From positions 3,392,001-3,456,000 of the forward strand of contig OY970218.1 of assembly GCA_963713975.1 (NCBI GenBank): DNA of 64,000 nt, in the 5' to 3' direction. Numbering within the stretch: the first letter of the stretch is position 1; each line of letters starts with the position of its first letter. The notes under the pieces were generated by a model that made no database searches, was not told where the DNA came from, and saw nothing but the letters and a program-made list of their open reading frames with translations. This document shows positions 1 through 8,950 of the stretch, piece after piece. Both the position numbers and the translations under genes were made by a program. Origin of the DNA: an uncultured Chloroflexia bacterium (lineage in GTDB: Bacteria; Chloroflexota; Limnocylindria; Limnocylindrales; CSP1-4).

Positions 1-3000
1 GGCGGGGTCGATGGCCTGGACGGCAAACCGGTACGTGTGTCCGGGCGCCAGCGTCCCCCGAGCCGTCGCCCGCGTGACGCCCGTGGCCCAGGCCGCGAAC
101 GGCCCGCCGTCGACCGAGCGGCGCATGTCGTAGCGCACCTCGCCGGCCTGGGTGTCGCTGCCCTCCCACGTGAGGTCGACGGGCACGGCGGCGCCGGTCG
201 AGGCCCGGGCCCGGGCAATCGACTCCACCGGTGAGGACACGACGGGGACAGCGAGATCCACGATCACCTGCCTGGCGGGCGAGGTCGCGAGGACGGCCCC
301 GGACGGCCCGAGCGCCTGCACGCGCCACAACCAGGTTCCGGACGGATAAGCCCCGAGCGGCGCCCACTGGCGCTGCCCGGTGACCACCGACTCGCGCGGA
401 CTGCCGAACGACGCGTCGTCGTCCGCCTGCAGGCGGTAGGCGGCCGCACCGGCGACGGTCCCCCACGCGAACTGGACGATCCCGGTGGCCGAGACCTCGC
501 CGGAGGCGGGTTGCAGCAGCACCGCAGCGGCCGGCGGCCCGATGGTGAACGTGGCCGGAGCACCCCACGACGAGGCACTGCCGCTGAGGATCGATCGCAC
601 GTGCCAGGTGTACGTGCCCGCCGCGAGCTCGTCGAACGGCGCGTACGCGGCCTCGTGGGTGGTTGCCTGCAGCACCCGGGCTGCCGGAACGGCCGCGGTG
701 CCGGCGAAGACCTCGACCTCGTAGGTGTCGGAGAAGGCGGCCGGCACCCACGCGAGCAGCGGGGTCTGCGCGACGGCCGTGCCGCTCGGGGGATTCACGG
801 GATTGGGTCCCGCCCACTCGATGGTGATCGATCGGGATGCGTGTGCGGTCGGCCGCCCGCTCCCGGCATGCGCCCAGAGCTCCCACGTCCACGTGCCGGG
901 CGGCAGCACCCAGGTCCGGGTCGGGGCGCCGCCGAGCTGGCTGGCCGTCCCGTTCTCCGGAGAGCCGATCAGGGCCGGGTGGTAGGCGAATGCCTCCGTC
1001 CGGGGCGTGCCGATCGAACCCGTGGTCGCGGGCGCCTGGAGCAGGTCCTTCCAGGCGAGGGTCACCTGGGGCCCTGCCACGATCTCGCCCTCGGCGGGCG
1101 AGATCATCAAGGGTGCCGGCAGGGTGAGCAGGAAGAGGTGCGTGGCACCGTCGCTGCAGCGCTGCTCCACGCACGCACTGACGTCCCATTCGGCCGATCC
1201 CGCGGGCGAGCCAGAGACGGGGCCCAGGATGTCCACGATCGGCTGGATGCTGGTGCCCGGGGTCGCGGCGCCCAGCATGCCGCCTCCCGTCCCCCGGTAC
1301 CCGACCGTGTAGCCGGTCGCGCCGGTAACGGGCTGCCAGGACAACCGAGGCGTGTCGGCGTAGACCGCGCATCCAGCGGCCACGCAGTCGGCGGGCGAGG
1401 TGATCTCAGGAGCCGGAAGTCGGTCCAGGACGAAGGTCGAGGGTGCGCCGCGCGCGACCACGTCGCCCGCGGCGTCGAACGCGAGGACCACCCACGTGTG
1501 CTGGTGCGCGTCCAGGTCGCCGGTCGGGTAGGTCCACACCGGGAAGGTGAGGGCAGGGCTCCACGAGTTCTCCAGGTCATCCGGCAGGACGTCCGGCAGT
1601 CCCCGGTAGACGCGGTAGTGGTCGGCGCCGACAACCGGGGTCCAGGAGAGCGTCGGCGTCACGAGCGAGTGGCTGCCATCGGGAGGGCCAGCAGGGTCGG
1701 GCGCGGCCGCCGTGGGGGTGATCGGCTGGATGGAGAACGATCGCTCGGCCGACCGCCAGGCGACGGTGTCGGCATCACCACCCGGGAGCGCGACCCGCTC
1801 CACGTACCAGGTGAACGGGCCGTCGGAGGGATCGAGTGGCGCCTCGGGCGTGTACGTGCCGGCCCAGGTGAGCCTCCGGGCGACGATGTCGCCGCCCGCA
1901 TCCTCGACGGTGACCCGCATGGGGTGCCCTCCGGCGGCATTCCATGCCAGCGTGGGAACGTGGACGATCTCCCCGTCGGCAGGCACCAGGAGCGTGGCAA
2001 CCGGCGGGTCCCAGGTGAAGGTCCGCACGACCGACCAGCCGCTCGCGGGCAGGCCCGGCAGGTGGACGATGTCGGTGTCGATACCGCGGACGCGCCAGTG
2101 GTAGGTGGTCCCCTTGACCAGGACGTACGGGGCGATCTGCTCCGCGGTCGTGACGTCCAGCGCCGGCTCCGTGGTTGCATAGTCGGCGACGCCCGTGCCG
2201 AAGCCGGCATCGGCGGAAACCTGCACCGCGTAGTGCGACGCACGGAGCGACGGGGTCCACGCCAGGGTGACCACCGCGCCCGTCACCGTCCCGTCCGCGG
2301 GCGCGAGCGGCATGGGCGGGTCGCTCATGGTCCGGGTAACGAGGCGCGGCGCCGTCCACGGCCCGGGAGGATCCGCCGGGTTCCCGGAAACCGCGCGCAC
2401 GCGCCACGCGAGCGTCGTCCCGGCCGGGACAACGGGATCCTCGACGAGGAAACGGGTGGCGGTTGTGGCGTAGGAGCGGGCGGCCGCGGCCCCCCAGTCC
2501 GGGTCCGGACCGGGCGTCACCTCGACGTCATACCCGGCCGCCCCGGGCATCGGGTCCCAGGCTACCTCGATGTCACGTACCGCGGCGCCGTCCCGCGGCT
2601 CGAGGCCGGTCGGCACACCGGCCGAGGCGGCGCTGAAGGATCGGACGGCCGACCACGGCCCGGTCGCCACGCCGTTGCGGGCCACGGCTCGCACCCGCCA
2701 GGAGTACGAGACGCCCGGCAGCGCGAAGGTGGCGACGAGCTGCGTGGTGCGGGTCAGTGCCGGGAACGGGTCGCCCAGGGCAGGGTTGTCGGCCAGCTGA
2801 ACCTCGTAGGAGGCCGCCCCGCCCACCGGCGTCCACGCGAGGACGGGCACCGCAGGATGCTCGAATGCCGCCCCATCCGCCGGCGTCACCTGGACCGGGG
2901 CCGCGAGGGACGGGGCCTTGACGAACGTCGACACCGCCCAGGGCCCGCGCGCTCCGCCCTCATCCATGGCCACGCGCCAGTGCCACGTCCCGGGATCCAG

Positions 3001-3297
3001 GTCGAGCTCCGGCGTTGCGGCCGTGTTGGAGGTGATGACGTCATACACCGGGTCCGCGAAGGTCCCATCGGCCGCCACCTGGACCGCGTAGTGGCCGGCG
3101 CCATAGATGCCGGTCCAGGTGAGCTCGGGCTCGACGACCGACGAGGCGCCGGCCAGCGGCGCGGTGATCACCGGGGCCTCGATCGGCGTCGCGGCCGCCG
3201 AGGCCGGGATCCCCGGTGCGAGCAGCCCGAGCCCGACAAGCATCGAGACGAGGGCCGTTGCTGCGGGTCGCGAGCGACGGGATCGGTGAGCCGGCAT
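1..3297 (-). CDS. Large secreted protein with ~10-11 tandem fibronectin type III-like/Ig-like repeats (3' end runs off window)
   Basis: Absent from the ORF track because no stop lies in the window. ATG at 3297 with GGAGG upstream; signal-like MPAHRSRRSRPAATALVSMLVGLGLLAPG; recurring 'P.DG...P.L.W.PV.GA..Y.V...Y.WRVRA' units; frame still open at base 1 (..HTYRFAVQAIDPA). Confidence 0.85.
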   Translation of the reverse strand, partial: MPAHRSRRSRPAATALVSMLVGLGLLAPGIPASAAATPIEAPVITAPLAGASSVVEPELTWTGIYGAGHYAVQVAADGTFADPVYDVITSNTAATPELDLDPGTWHWRVAMDEGGARGPWAVSTFVKAPSLAAPVQVTPADGAAFEHPAVPVLAWTPVGGAASYEVQLADNPALGDPFPALTRTTQLVATFALPGVSYSWRVRAVARNGVATGPWSAVRSFSAASAGVPTGLEPRDGAAVRDIEVAWDPMPGAAGYDVEVTPGPDPDWGAAAARSYATTATRFLVEDPVVPAGTTLAWRVRAVSGNPADPPGPWTAPRLVTRTMSDPPMPLAPADGTVTGAVVTLAWTPSLRASHYAVQVSADAGFGTGVADYATTEPALDVTTAEQIAPYVLVKGTTYHWRVRGIDTDIVHLPGLPASGWSVVRTFTWDPPVATLLVPADGEIVHVPTLAWNAAGGHPMRVTVEDAGGDIVARRLTWAGTYTPEAPLDPSDGPFTWYVERVALPGGDADTVAWRSAERSFSIQPITPTAAAPDPAGPPDGSHSLVTPTLSWTPVVGADHYRVYRGLPDVLPDDLENSWSPALTFPVWTYPTGDLDAHQHTWVVLAFDAAGDVVARGAPSTFVLDRLPAPEITSPADCVAAGCAVYADTPRLSWQPVTGATGYTVGYRGTGGGMLGAATPGTSIQPIVDILGPVSGSPAGSAEWDVSACVEQRCSDGATHLFLLTLPAPLMISPAEGEIVAGPQVTLAWKDLLQAPATTGSIGTPRTEAFAYHPALIGSPENGTASQLGGAPTRTWVLPPGTWTWELWAHAGSGRPTAHASRSITIEWAGPNPVNPPSGTAVAQTPLLAWVPAAFSDTYEVEVFAGTAAVPAARVLQATTHEAAYAPFDELAAGTYTWHVRSILSGSASSWGAPATFTIGPPAAAVLLQPASGEVSATGIVQFAWGTVAGAAAYRLQADDDASFGSPRESVVTGQRQWAPLGAYPSGTWLWRVQALGPSGAVLATSPARQVIVDLAVPVVSSPVESIARARASTGAAVPVDLTWEGSDTQAGEVRYDMRRSVDGGPFAAWATGVTRATARGTLAPGHTYRFAVQAIDPA

Positions 3298-3347
3298 GAC
3301 GGATCCTCCCGGGCCGGACGCAACCGCAACTGTACTTCCCGAGGACG

Positions 3348-4217
3348 TCACGGGGCGAGCTTCCACACGTAGCTCGTGAGCGGGACTCCGTTCGGCGTCG
3401 TCTCGGCCCGGACCCGCGCACTGTCGCCGGGCTTGTGGCACACCACGGCGATCTGGGCCGTGTTGACCTTCCAGCGCGTCTCCCACCAGATCACGTGGTA
3501 CTCGTGCTCCCCGACGACGATGTAGGGCTCCACGTCACCGTCAGGGTTCTTCCATGTCATGCGCACGTCGTAGGCCCACGTTTCCCAGCCCTTGCTGGCG
3601 CACACGTCTCCGATATCGGTCGGAATGTCGGTGCGCGACATCAGGAGTGTCGCGCCGTGGACGGTGAGGGGCGACCCGAGCGAGCCGCTCCCGACATAGG
3701 TCCGAGGGGTTGGCTCCTCCTCGCCACCTGGCTGCGGCTCCCTGGTCGGCTTGGACGTCGGCTCGGAGGTGGGCTTCGCGGTGGGCTTGTCAGTAGGGTC
3801 CGGGGTGGGCTTGCCGGTGGGCTCCGGGATGGGTTCCGGGGTGGGTTCAGGGGTCGGCGATGGCGGGGTCGGCGACTCCGCTGCCGGCTCGGGCACGGGC
3901 GACGGCGATTCGAGCGTTGACGCGATACCCTCCGCCGGGACGACGACCGAGGGCAGGGCAGGCGTCGCAGCAGGAGCGCCGCCCGGCCGGCCGGCGAGGA
4001 CGATGGCGGCGACGGCCGCGACCACGAGCGTGGCGCCAACCGTTCCCGTGGCCCCCCAGGTCCGCCGCCATCGCCCCGTTCCCGTTGGAGCCCCTGCGGC
4101 AATCAGGCGCTCGACCCTGACGTCAAGAGCGGTGAGGCGGCCGGGAGCCGGATCCTCGCGGAGGAGCTGCTCGAGGTCCCGCTCGAGGTCCTGCTCAAAG
4201 CCATCACGGCCGCTCAT
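3348..4217 (-). CDS. Putative anti-sigma factor: short cytoplasmic N-terminus, one TM helix, Pro/Thr linker, extracellular domain
   Basis: Overlaps the 3' end of the ECF sigma gene; TM VGATLVVAAVAAIVLAG; PTPE/PTxK linker. Confidence 0.65.
   Translation of the reverse strand: MSGRDGFEQDLERDLEQLLREDPAPGRLTALDVRVERLIAAGAPTGTGRWRRTWGATGTVGATLVVAAVAAIVLAGRPGGAPAATPALPSVVVPAEGIASTLESPSPVPEPAAESPTPPSPTPEPTPEPIPEPTGKPTPDPTDKPTAKPTSEPTSKPTREPQPGGEEEPTPRTYVGSGSLGSPLTVHGATLLMSRTDIPTDIGDVCASKGWETWAYDVRMTWKNPDGDVEPYIVVGEHEYHVIWWETRWKVNTAQIAVVCHKPGDSARVRAETTPNGVPLTSYVWKLAP
3740..3870 (-). repeat. Degenerate 12-bp coding tandem repeat (PTPE/PTxK linker)
   Basis: Translation PTPEPTPEPIPEPTGKPTPDPTDKPTAKPTSEPTSKPTREP. 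Confidence 0.75.
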
Positions 4218-4749
4218 CGAGCACCTCCCGGAGGCGCGCCAAGCCGCGCTCGATCAACTTCTGCGTGGCGTCTTCGCGCTTGCCGATGACCTCGCCGATC
4301 TCCCGCGCGGACAGGCCGACGCCATACCGGAGCACGATCGCATCTCGGGTCGTGTCCGGCAGGCCCGCAAGAGCCGTCCGCAGCACTTCGGCGCGCTCGC
4401 GCGCCAGGAATCCGGGCTCGGGACCCGGATCCGTGGGCACGATCGATGTGATCTGCCTGACGGCAACGCGACGCACCGCGCGCCGGCGAGACTGATCGAT
4501 GGTGGCGTTGCGCGCCGTCCGCAGGAGCCACGGCAGCCCAATCTCGCGGGTCGGGTCACGTCCCAGCTGCGCAAATGCCCGCTCGAACACGACGGCCGAG
4601 GTCTCGAGCGCGTCCTCCTCCGTGGGGCTGACGGCATGGAGGTAGCGGACGACGGAACCGCGGTGCGTGACGTACAGCCGCTCGAGCGCCGCCGACGGCG
4701 TCTGCGTCAAGCCTCGTCCCCTCGCTGCATCCGTGATCGCGACCAGCAT
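4204..4749 (-). CDS. ECF RNA polymerase sigma-70 factor
   Basis: Region 2 'LYVTH..V.RYL..DALE..VFERAF..PWLLRTARNATID'; region 4 'LP...RDAIVLRY..GLS.REIGEVIG'. Start could be 4758. Confidence 0.9.
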   Translation of the reverse strand: MLVAITDAARGRGLTQTPSAALERLYVTHRGSVVRYLHAVSPTEEDALETSAVVFERAFAQLGRDPTREIGLPWLLRTARNATIDQSRRRAVRRVAVRQITSIVPTDPGPEPGFLARERAEVLRTALAGLPDTTRDAIVLRYGVGLSAREIGEVIGKREDATQKLIERGLARLREVLDERP

Positions 4750-5017
4750 GCCCCACATCCGTGCGTTGCTGACCTGTAAACGCACAACCCGTGTCGAACC
4801 GGACATGCGCACAAGGCCGCCGCAGGCCAGGATCATCCTTGAGGTCAGCGAGAACGGTCGGTGGGCCTGCCGGGCCGCGCTGGCTCGGATCCGGCCGAGT
4901 GGCAGTCGTCGGCGGCATCCACCATCCGGCACACTGCTGTGGCGGCGGCGGCCAGGCACACGGACGCCGCACAGACCCGCGGACGAACGGGCTGCGGAAC
5001 TAGGCAGGAGGCACCGG

Positions 5018-5923
5018 ATGGACGCACGGCTCGAACGCATCGGGCGGCTGGCGGCGGTGGCCCGCGGGCTGGAGCGCGAGGGCGCGTACAACGGCGCGAA
5101 GCTGGTCCGGGTGGCGCTCCAGCGGGAGCTGGTCCGATTTGCCGAGGTCGAGTCCCCGGCCGGTGGCGATGCGGCGGCCGCGGCTGTCGAGGCAATGGTC
5201 ACCGACCTTGGCTCCGACCTCCCGGCCGCGTTGCTGCCGCCCCTCCGGGCGGTGGGGCCCGCGGTCCGCGAGGGCCGGACGATCTCCCTCGACGACGCCC
5301 CACGGGCCCGGATCTGCCGGGTGTGCGGGGCGGTCTTCCTGGGCGACGCGGTACCGCCCGCCTGCCCGACCTGCGAGGCTCCCGCCCTCTCGTTCCACGA
5401 GGAGCTCCCGGTCTGGTACCTGGAGCCGGCGGACCGTGGCGCGATCCTCGCCGCCCTTGCCGCCGGGCCCCGCCACCTCGACGCCGCCCTGGCCGGCCGC
5501 ACGGACGATGCCCTGGCCCGACCGCCCGCCGCGGGCGCCTGGTCGGCCGCCCAAACGCTCGAGCACCTCCTGTTCGTGGAGGAGCTGTTCGCGGGGCGGA
5601 TCGACCGACTCCTCACCGAGACGGAGCCCGACCTCGCGGCGGCCGCCGTGTGGGCGGATACGCCGGCATCGGACGAGGGGACGGCGGCGACCGGCGAGAC
5701 GGCCGGGACCCTCGCCAGGCGGATCCGCGATCTGCGCCACGCTGCGGTTGACCGCCTCGCCGCCCTCGACGACGTGGACTGGGGTCGTGCCGGCCGCCAC
5801 CCGGAATGGGGCCGCGTGACGGTCCTCTCGCAGGCGGCCTACTTCGCCCGCCACGAGGCGTCGCACCTGGCCCAGCTCGTCGCCGCCGCAGACGGTCGCG
5901 TGCCCGGCAAGGGACGCTCCTGA
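5018..5923 (+). CDS. Rubredoxin-like CxxC..CxxC domain fused to a DinB/YfiT-family domain
   Basis: AGGAGG RBS; CRVCG..CPTC; DinB motifs 'WSAAQTLEHL' and 'HEASHLAQL'. Confidence 0.8.
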   Translation: MDARLERIGRLAAVARGLEREGAYNGAKLVRVALQRELVRFAEVESPAGGDAAAAAVEAMVTDLGSDLPAALLPPLRAVGPAVREGRTISLDDAPRARICRVCGAVFLGDAVPPACPTCEAPALSFHEELPVWYLEPADRGAILAALAAGPRHLDAALAGRTDDALARPPAAGAWSAAQTLEHLLFVEELFAGRIDRLLTETEPDLAAAAVWADTPASDEGTAATGETAGTLARRIRDLRHAAVDRLAALDDVDWGRAGRHPEWGRVTVLSQAAYFARHEASHLAQLVAAADGRVPGKGRS

Positions 5924-6034
5924 CCCGGCGGGCTGAGGACGACCCGGGCGATCTCTCTGCCGTCCTGACTGATGATCGCGGGGACCTGGAGCCATAGTCT
6001 GGCTCCAGCACTCGAGCCGCGGGTGCGCCGCGGG

Positions 6035-6172
6035 GCGGTTCAACCATCGGGTGCGGTGCGGTTTGCGCCGTCTGGCGGCACGGCTGTCGGCTGGACAGGG
6101 CTCGGGAGGCGACGAATGTGCCGCCCGGCGGCTGAAACCTCGGTCCGCCCGACCATGGAGTCGCTGGGCGGC
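6035..6172 (-). repeat. Palindromic element family 1, copy A
   Basis: GCGGTTCAACCATCGGGTG..GGTTTGCGCCG..GCGGCAC..GTGCCGC..CCCGACC; ungapped match to copy B. Confidence 0.85.
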
Positions 6173-6198
6173 ACAGATGGGGTGAGCTGGCCCGGGGC

Positions 6199-6234
6199 AA
6201 CGAGAAAGGCCGGCCCCGGATCGGGGGCCGGCCT
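6199..6234 (-). terminator. Probable intrinsic terminator of the SHOCT gene
   Basis: 11-bp stem AGGCCGGCCCC/GGGGCCGGCCT followed on the minus strand by TTCTCGTT. Confidence 0.6.
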
Positions 6235-6269
6235 CGCTTGGTTGCGAAGGGATCGCGATGGGCTCGCGA

Positions 6270-6629
6270 TCAGGCCAGCAGCTTGGCCTTGAGGGAGTCG
6301 TACTCGGGGATCGTGATCGCGCCGGCGTCGCGCAGCTGGGCGAGCTTGGCGAGCTCGTCCGCCGTGGACACCTGCGACGCCGCGGTCGTTGCGGCCTGGG
6401 CCTGGGTCATCATCTGCACGTCCTGGGCCGTGACCTTGGGCCGGGCGATGATGTAGATCAGGCAGCCGAGGAACGGGATGATGAAGATCACGAAGATCCA
6501 CACGGCCTTCATGCCGCCGTGGATGTCGTTGCGGCGGAAGATGTCCGTGAAGATGGAGATGAAGATCCAGATCGCCATCACCCAGAAGAAGAAGACGATC
6601 ATCGCCATGATCCATTCAGTAAAGTTCAT
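6270..6629 (-). CDS. PLDc_N / SHOCT domain membrane protein
   Basis: 'DIFRRNDIHGGMKAVW...IPFLG.LIY'; C-terminal 'ADELAKLAQLRDAGAIT..EYDSLKAKLL'; GAGGT RBS. Confidence 0.9.
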   Translation of the reverse strand: MNFTEWIMAMIVFFFWVMAIWIFISIFTDIFRRNDIHGGMKAVWIFVIFIIPFLGCLIYIIARPKVTAQDVQMMTQAQAATTAASQVSTADELAKLAQLRDAGAITIPEYDSLKAKLLA

Positions 6630-6825
6630 ATACCTCACCTAACCTCGGCACGGAGGCGTCTTCCCTCCGATGTGGAGCCCCATTGTGCTGTACGAGCCGC
6701 CTGAATGCGAGTGGGAGCGGCGGCACAAGGTCGGAGGTGCATGTCCGCCGCGTCGGACGCGGCCCGCTTGCCGGATCGGCTAGACACCGGTTCGGCCGTT
6801 CACGATGGCGAGCATGGAGGATTGG

Positions 6826-7149
6826 ATGACTGCATACGGGTATATCGAGAACCTACGGGCGGAGGTCAACGTGCCCTCCGGCGGGATCCTCAGCAGGACG
6901 CTGTACGAGGACGAACGGCTGTCGCTCGTGATCTTCGCCTTCGACACGGGTGAAGAGCTGACGGAGCACACGTCGGCGTTCGCCGCCCAGATCGAGATCC
7001 TGGACGGAACAGCCGACGTGGTGCTCGACGACGAGGCGCGTTCGGTCGGCGCCGGCGCCTGGATCGCCATGCCTCCCGGGATGCGCCATGCGATCAGGGC
7101 TACGACTCCGCTCGTGATGGTCCTCACGCTGCTCCGCGGGACCGGCTGA
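6826..7149 (+). CDS. Cupin domain protein
   Basis: GGAGGA RBS; 'FAFDTGEELTEHTS...MPPGMRHAI.A'. Confidence 0.88.
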   Translation: MTAYGYIENLRAEVNVPSGGILSRTLYEDERLSLVIFAFDTGEELTEHTSAFAAQIEILDGTADVVLDDEARSVGAGAWIAMPPGMRHAIRATTPLVMVLTLLRGTG

Positions 7150-7232
7150 CCGACCCGGGCGAGGGTCCCACGACGTCGGCCGTGGTTCCAGCCAGTGGCC
7201 AACCGACAGCGGGCACCCGCCCGGTGGGGTGA

Positions 7233-7378
7233 GCCGCTGGGCGGCTCTACGGTCGGGTGCGCGCCGGTTTGCGCCGCCTGGCGGCACGCCTGTCGGCTGG
7301 ACGGGGCACGGGGAGCGACGCCCGTGCCGCTCGGCGGCTGGATCGTGGGCTGACCCGACGGTTGAACCGGTGGGCGGC
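7233..7378 (-). repeat. Palindromic element family 1, copy B
   Basis: GCGGCTCTACGGTCGGGTG..GGTTTGCGCCG..ACCCGACGGTTGAACCG. Confidence 0.85.
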
Positions 7379-7480
7379 GCGGATGCGGATCGGCCCAGAT
7401 GGCGAAGCGCCTGCCGGCTGACCGCCTGCGGCCCGGCGCCGCGGCACGGGCCCCGGGGTCGCGTCAGGCGCCAGCCCGCC

Positions 7481-7804
7481 TCAGGCCTCGTTCCCGGGAC
7501 CCTCCCCCACTCCGCTCGCCTCCCGCAGCGTGTGCCCGTCCACGCGCCTCCCGAACCTCTTCGAGAGCTCCGCCACCAGAGCGTCGGCGACGTCGTCGGC
7601 ACCGCCCTCGCGCTCGGTCCAGGCCGACCACTCGAACTCCTCGAGATAGTCGTCCGTCCCCGCCAGCCCCTCGCGCATGGTGATCCGGCTGATCTCCTGC
7701 ATGAACCAGCGGGCCATCGTCCGGTTCGCCCGGCTCCCCGCGTCGTCGGTGGCCTGGACCTGGGTCGGGATCTCGCGCCAGGCGAGGACGCGGTAGCGGG
7801 CCAT
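7481..7804 (-). CDS. 'Virulence factor' (PF13769-like) domain protein
   Basis: GGAGG-like RBS; 'Y.VL.WREIPTQV...FMQEI...M..GL.GTDDYL..F.W'. Confidence 0.75.
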   Translation of the reverse strand: MARYRVLAWREIPTQVQATDDAGSRANRTMARWFMQEISRITMREGLAGTDDYLEEFEWSAWTEREGGADDVADALVAELSKRFGRRVDGHTLREASGVGEGPGNEA

Positions 7805-7826
7805 GCGGGCTCCTCCGGCTCGGGAC

Positions 7827-8351
7827 CTAACAGCCCTGCCCGCTGGCGCGGTCCATGGCGCTGGCAAGGGCGTCCTTCTCCGCGTCCGGGAGGCTCCGGT
7901 CCAGCACCGCGAGGTACTGTTCCTCCTCGGCGAGGTGGACCTTGAGCAGCGCGTGCAGGCGGTACAGGGACCGCCGCAGGGCCAGACCCTCCATCTCGTC
8001 CCAGGTGCACTCGTTCTCGTGGACCTGGTAGGTGCCCAGCTCCGCGACCAGGAGCCGGACGGTCGCGTGCTCCTCGCGCATGGGGGCCATGGTGTGGCGG
8101 GGCCCCATCAGGGTCTCGAGGCGCTCGTACAGGATGGCCTCGAAAGCGTCCATGCGCGGGACGAGCTCGTCCGCCACGAAGGCGTACTCCTCGTTGTAGA
8201 GCGCGTGAAGCGCGGCGCATTCCACGCGCCCCACCATCTCGGCGAGGGTGAGGAGGCGGTCCACGTGCGGCATCAACCGCGCGTGGTAGGCCTCGCTGGT
8301 GGCGCGCAGCGAGGAGAGGTCGCCGGCGGGCTGGGGCGTGTCGGTGCTCAC
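7827..8351 (-). CDS. Hemerythrin/HHE cation-binding domain protein
   Basis: 'APMREEHA', 'HALLKVHLAEEEQYL'; TAGGAT 6 nt before the GTG start. Confidence 0.85.
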   Translation of the reverse strand: MSTDTPQPAGDLSSLRATSEAYHARLMPHVDRLLTLAEMVGRVECAALHALYNEEYAFVADELVPRMDAFEAILYERLETLMGPRHTMAPMREEHATVRLLVAELGTYQVHENECTWDEMEGLALRRSLYRLHALLKVHLAEEEQYLAVLDRSLPDAEKDALASAMDRASGQGC

Positions 8352-8455
8352 CGGGGCATCCTAGCCGGGCTCGGGTCTGCCCGCACCACGACCCTGGCCG
8401 GTACGTTCCCTTTCGGTGGTGCCGCAGGACTGGGCCTGCGGCACGTCACTCGAGG

Positions 8456-8947
8456 CTAGGCGCCTGCGACCGGGTGCTCCAGGGCCGCCTTGACCGCGTC
8501 AGCCACGTCGTCCGTGACGCCGTGCTCGATGATCCGGAGATAGGCATCCTCCTCCGCGAGGTGGACCTTCAGCAGCGCGTACAGGTGGAACAGGACGCGC
8601 CGGATCGAGAGGGTCCGTGCCAGGGTCACGTGGCCCTGGCCCTCGTCCACGAGCACGCCGAGCTCCGCGATCAGCTCCCGGATGCGGGCGTGCTCACGGC
8701 GCATGGGCGCCATGGAGTGGCGGTTCTGGAACATCCGCTCCAGCTCCGGGTAGAGGGCGCGCTCGGCGGCCTCCATGTGCGAAAGCAGCGTCCCGACGAG
8801 GAACCCTCGCAGATCGCGGAGGCTGGTCTGGGCCGCGTCGGGCGCGCTGGTGAGCAACGCGTCGGCGATCTCGGGCATGCGGTTCACGGTCTCGAGCAGC
8901 CGCTCGTGGTGCACGTGTGCCGTCTGCGGCAGCGTCTCGCTGGTCAT
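8456..8947 (-). CDS. Hemerythrin/HHE cation-binding domain protein
   Basis: 'HHERL','HMEAAERALYP','MRREHA','KVHLAEEDAY'; paralog of its neighbour. Confidence 0.88.
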   Translation of the reverse strand: MTSETLPQTAHVHHERLLETVNRMPEIADALLTSAPDAAQTSLRDLRGFLVGTLLSHMEAAERALYPELERMFQNRHSMAPMRREHARIRELIAELGVLVDEGQGHVTLARTLSIRRVLFHLYALLKVHLAEEDAYLRIIEHGVTDDVADAVKAALEHPVAGA

Positions 8948-8950
8948 GGC

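Noticed and set aside
511-3372. 953-aa + strand ORF and similar long ORFs (12215-15133, 45891-49070, 43160-45232, 8474-10195)
   Set aside because: Antisense shadows of real high-GC genes; Arg/Gly-rich with no motifs.
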